Shown here: positions 63,905 to 64,000 of the stretch, piece after piece | Layout of the letters: each line of letters begins with the position of its first letter | Numbering within the stretch: position 1 is the first letter of the stretch | Source: Clostridia bacterium | GTDB taxonomy: Bacteria; Bacillota; Clostridia; Oscillospirales; SIG627 | DNA: 64,000 nucleotides | Assembly (NCBI GenBank): GCA_017439965.1 | Contig: JAFSID010000078.1 | Span: 652-64,651, forward strand | Direction of reading: 5' to 3' | Made by a program: the position numbers and the translations under genes | The notes under the pieces: generated by a model | What the model saw: the letters and a program-made list of their open reading frames with translations, nothing else | Database searches by the model: none | Told to the model about the DNA's origin: nothing

Positions 63905-64000
63905 TTTAATGCCCTCCGATACAAATTATTACTAATTATTATAACACTAATTACCCGAGCGGTCAATTACCTAATTGCGTAAAGGTGCAAATTTTTGTAC

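Overview
Chromosomal window from a spore-forming Firmicute of class Clostridia. The taxon is inferred from content: spoIIIAA-AH, spoVB, a SpoVM-like peptide, a long Bacillus-type SRP RNA, and the classic blocks ffs-dnaX-ybaB-recR and nusB-xseAB-dxs-tlyA-nadK-argR-recN. Many signal-peptide-less hemicellulose-type enzymes (GH3, GH43, CE2-like, CE15-like) suggest a Ruminococcus/Oscillospiraceae-like organism. I support about 72 protein genes, one tRNA (Arg-CCU) and one SRP RNA. I found no rRNA, CRISPR, transposase, integrase or recognisable defence genes, so most of the window is ordinary housekeeping. Seven things are not explained by ordinary annotation. (1) A roughly 215-bp segment between tRNA-Arg and an ASCH gene holds six copies of an 11-mer, three forward and three inverted, each fused to a different short hairpin, bounded by ATCCAAG direct repeats. 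(2) A roughly 100-nt noncoding element is present twice, at 1333-1449 and 40699-40807. (3) A hairpin-dense 390-bp region precedes two unannotated small ORFs, one of them SpoVM-like. (4) A zinc-ribbon metallophosphoesterase gene is tandemly duplicated together with its promoter. (5) A GH20-like TIM-barrel gene is present in three tandem copies, the first coupled to a CE15-like esterase. (6) The Na+-decarboxylase locus is split by an orphan response regulator, with candidate operator repeats nearby. (7) A divergent TsaD/Kae1-like paralog sits where folD lies in the Bacillus nusB-xseA block. All functional names come from motif recognition by eye. No database search was run.
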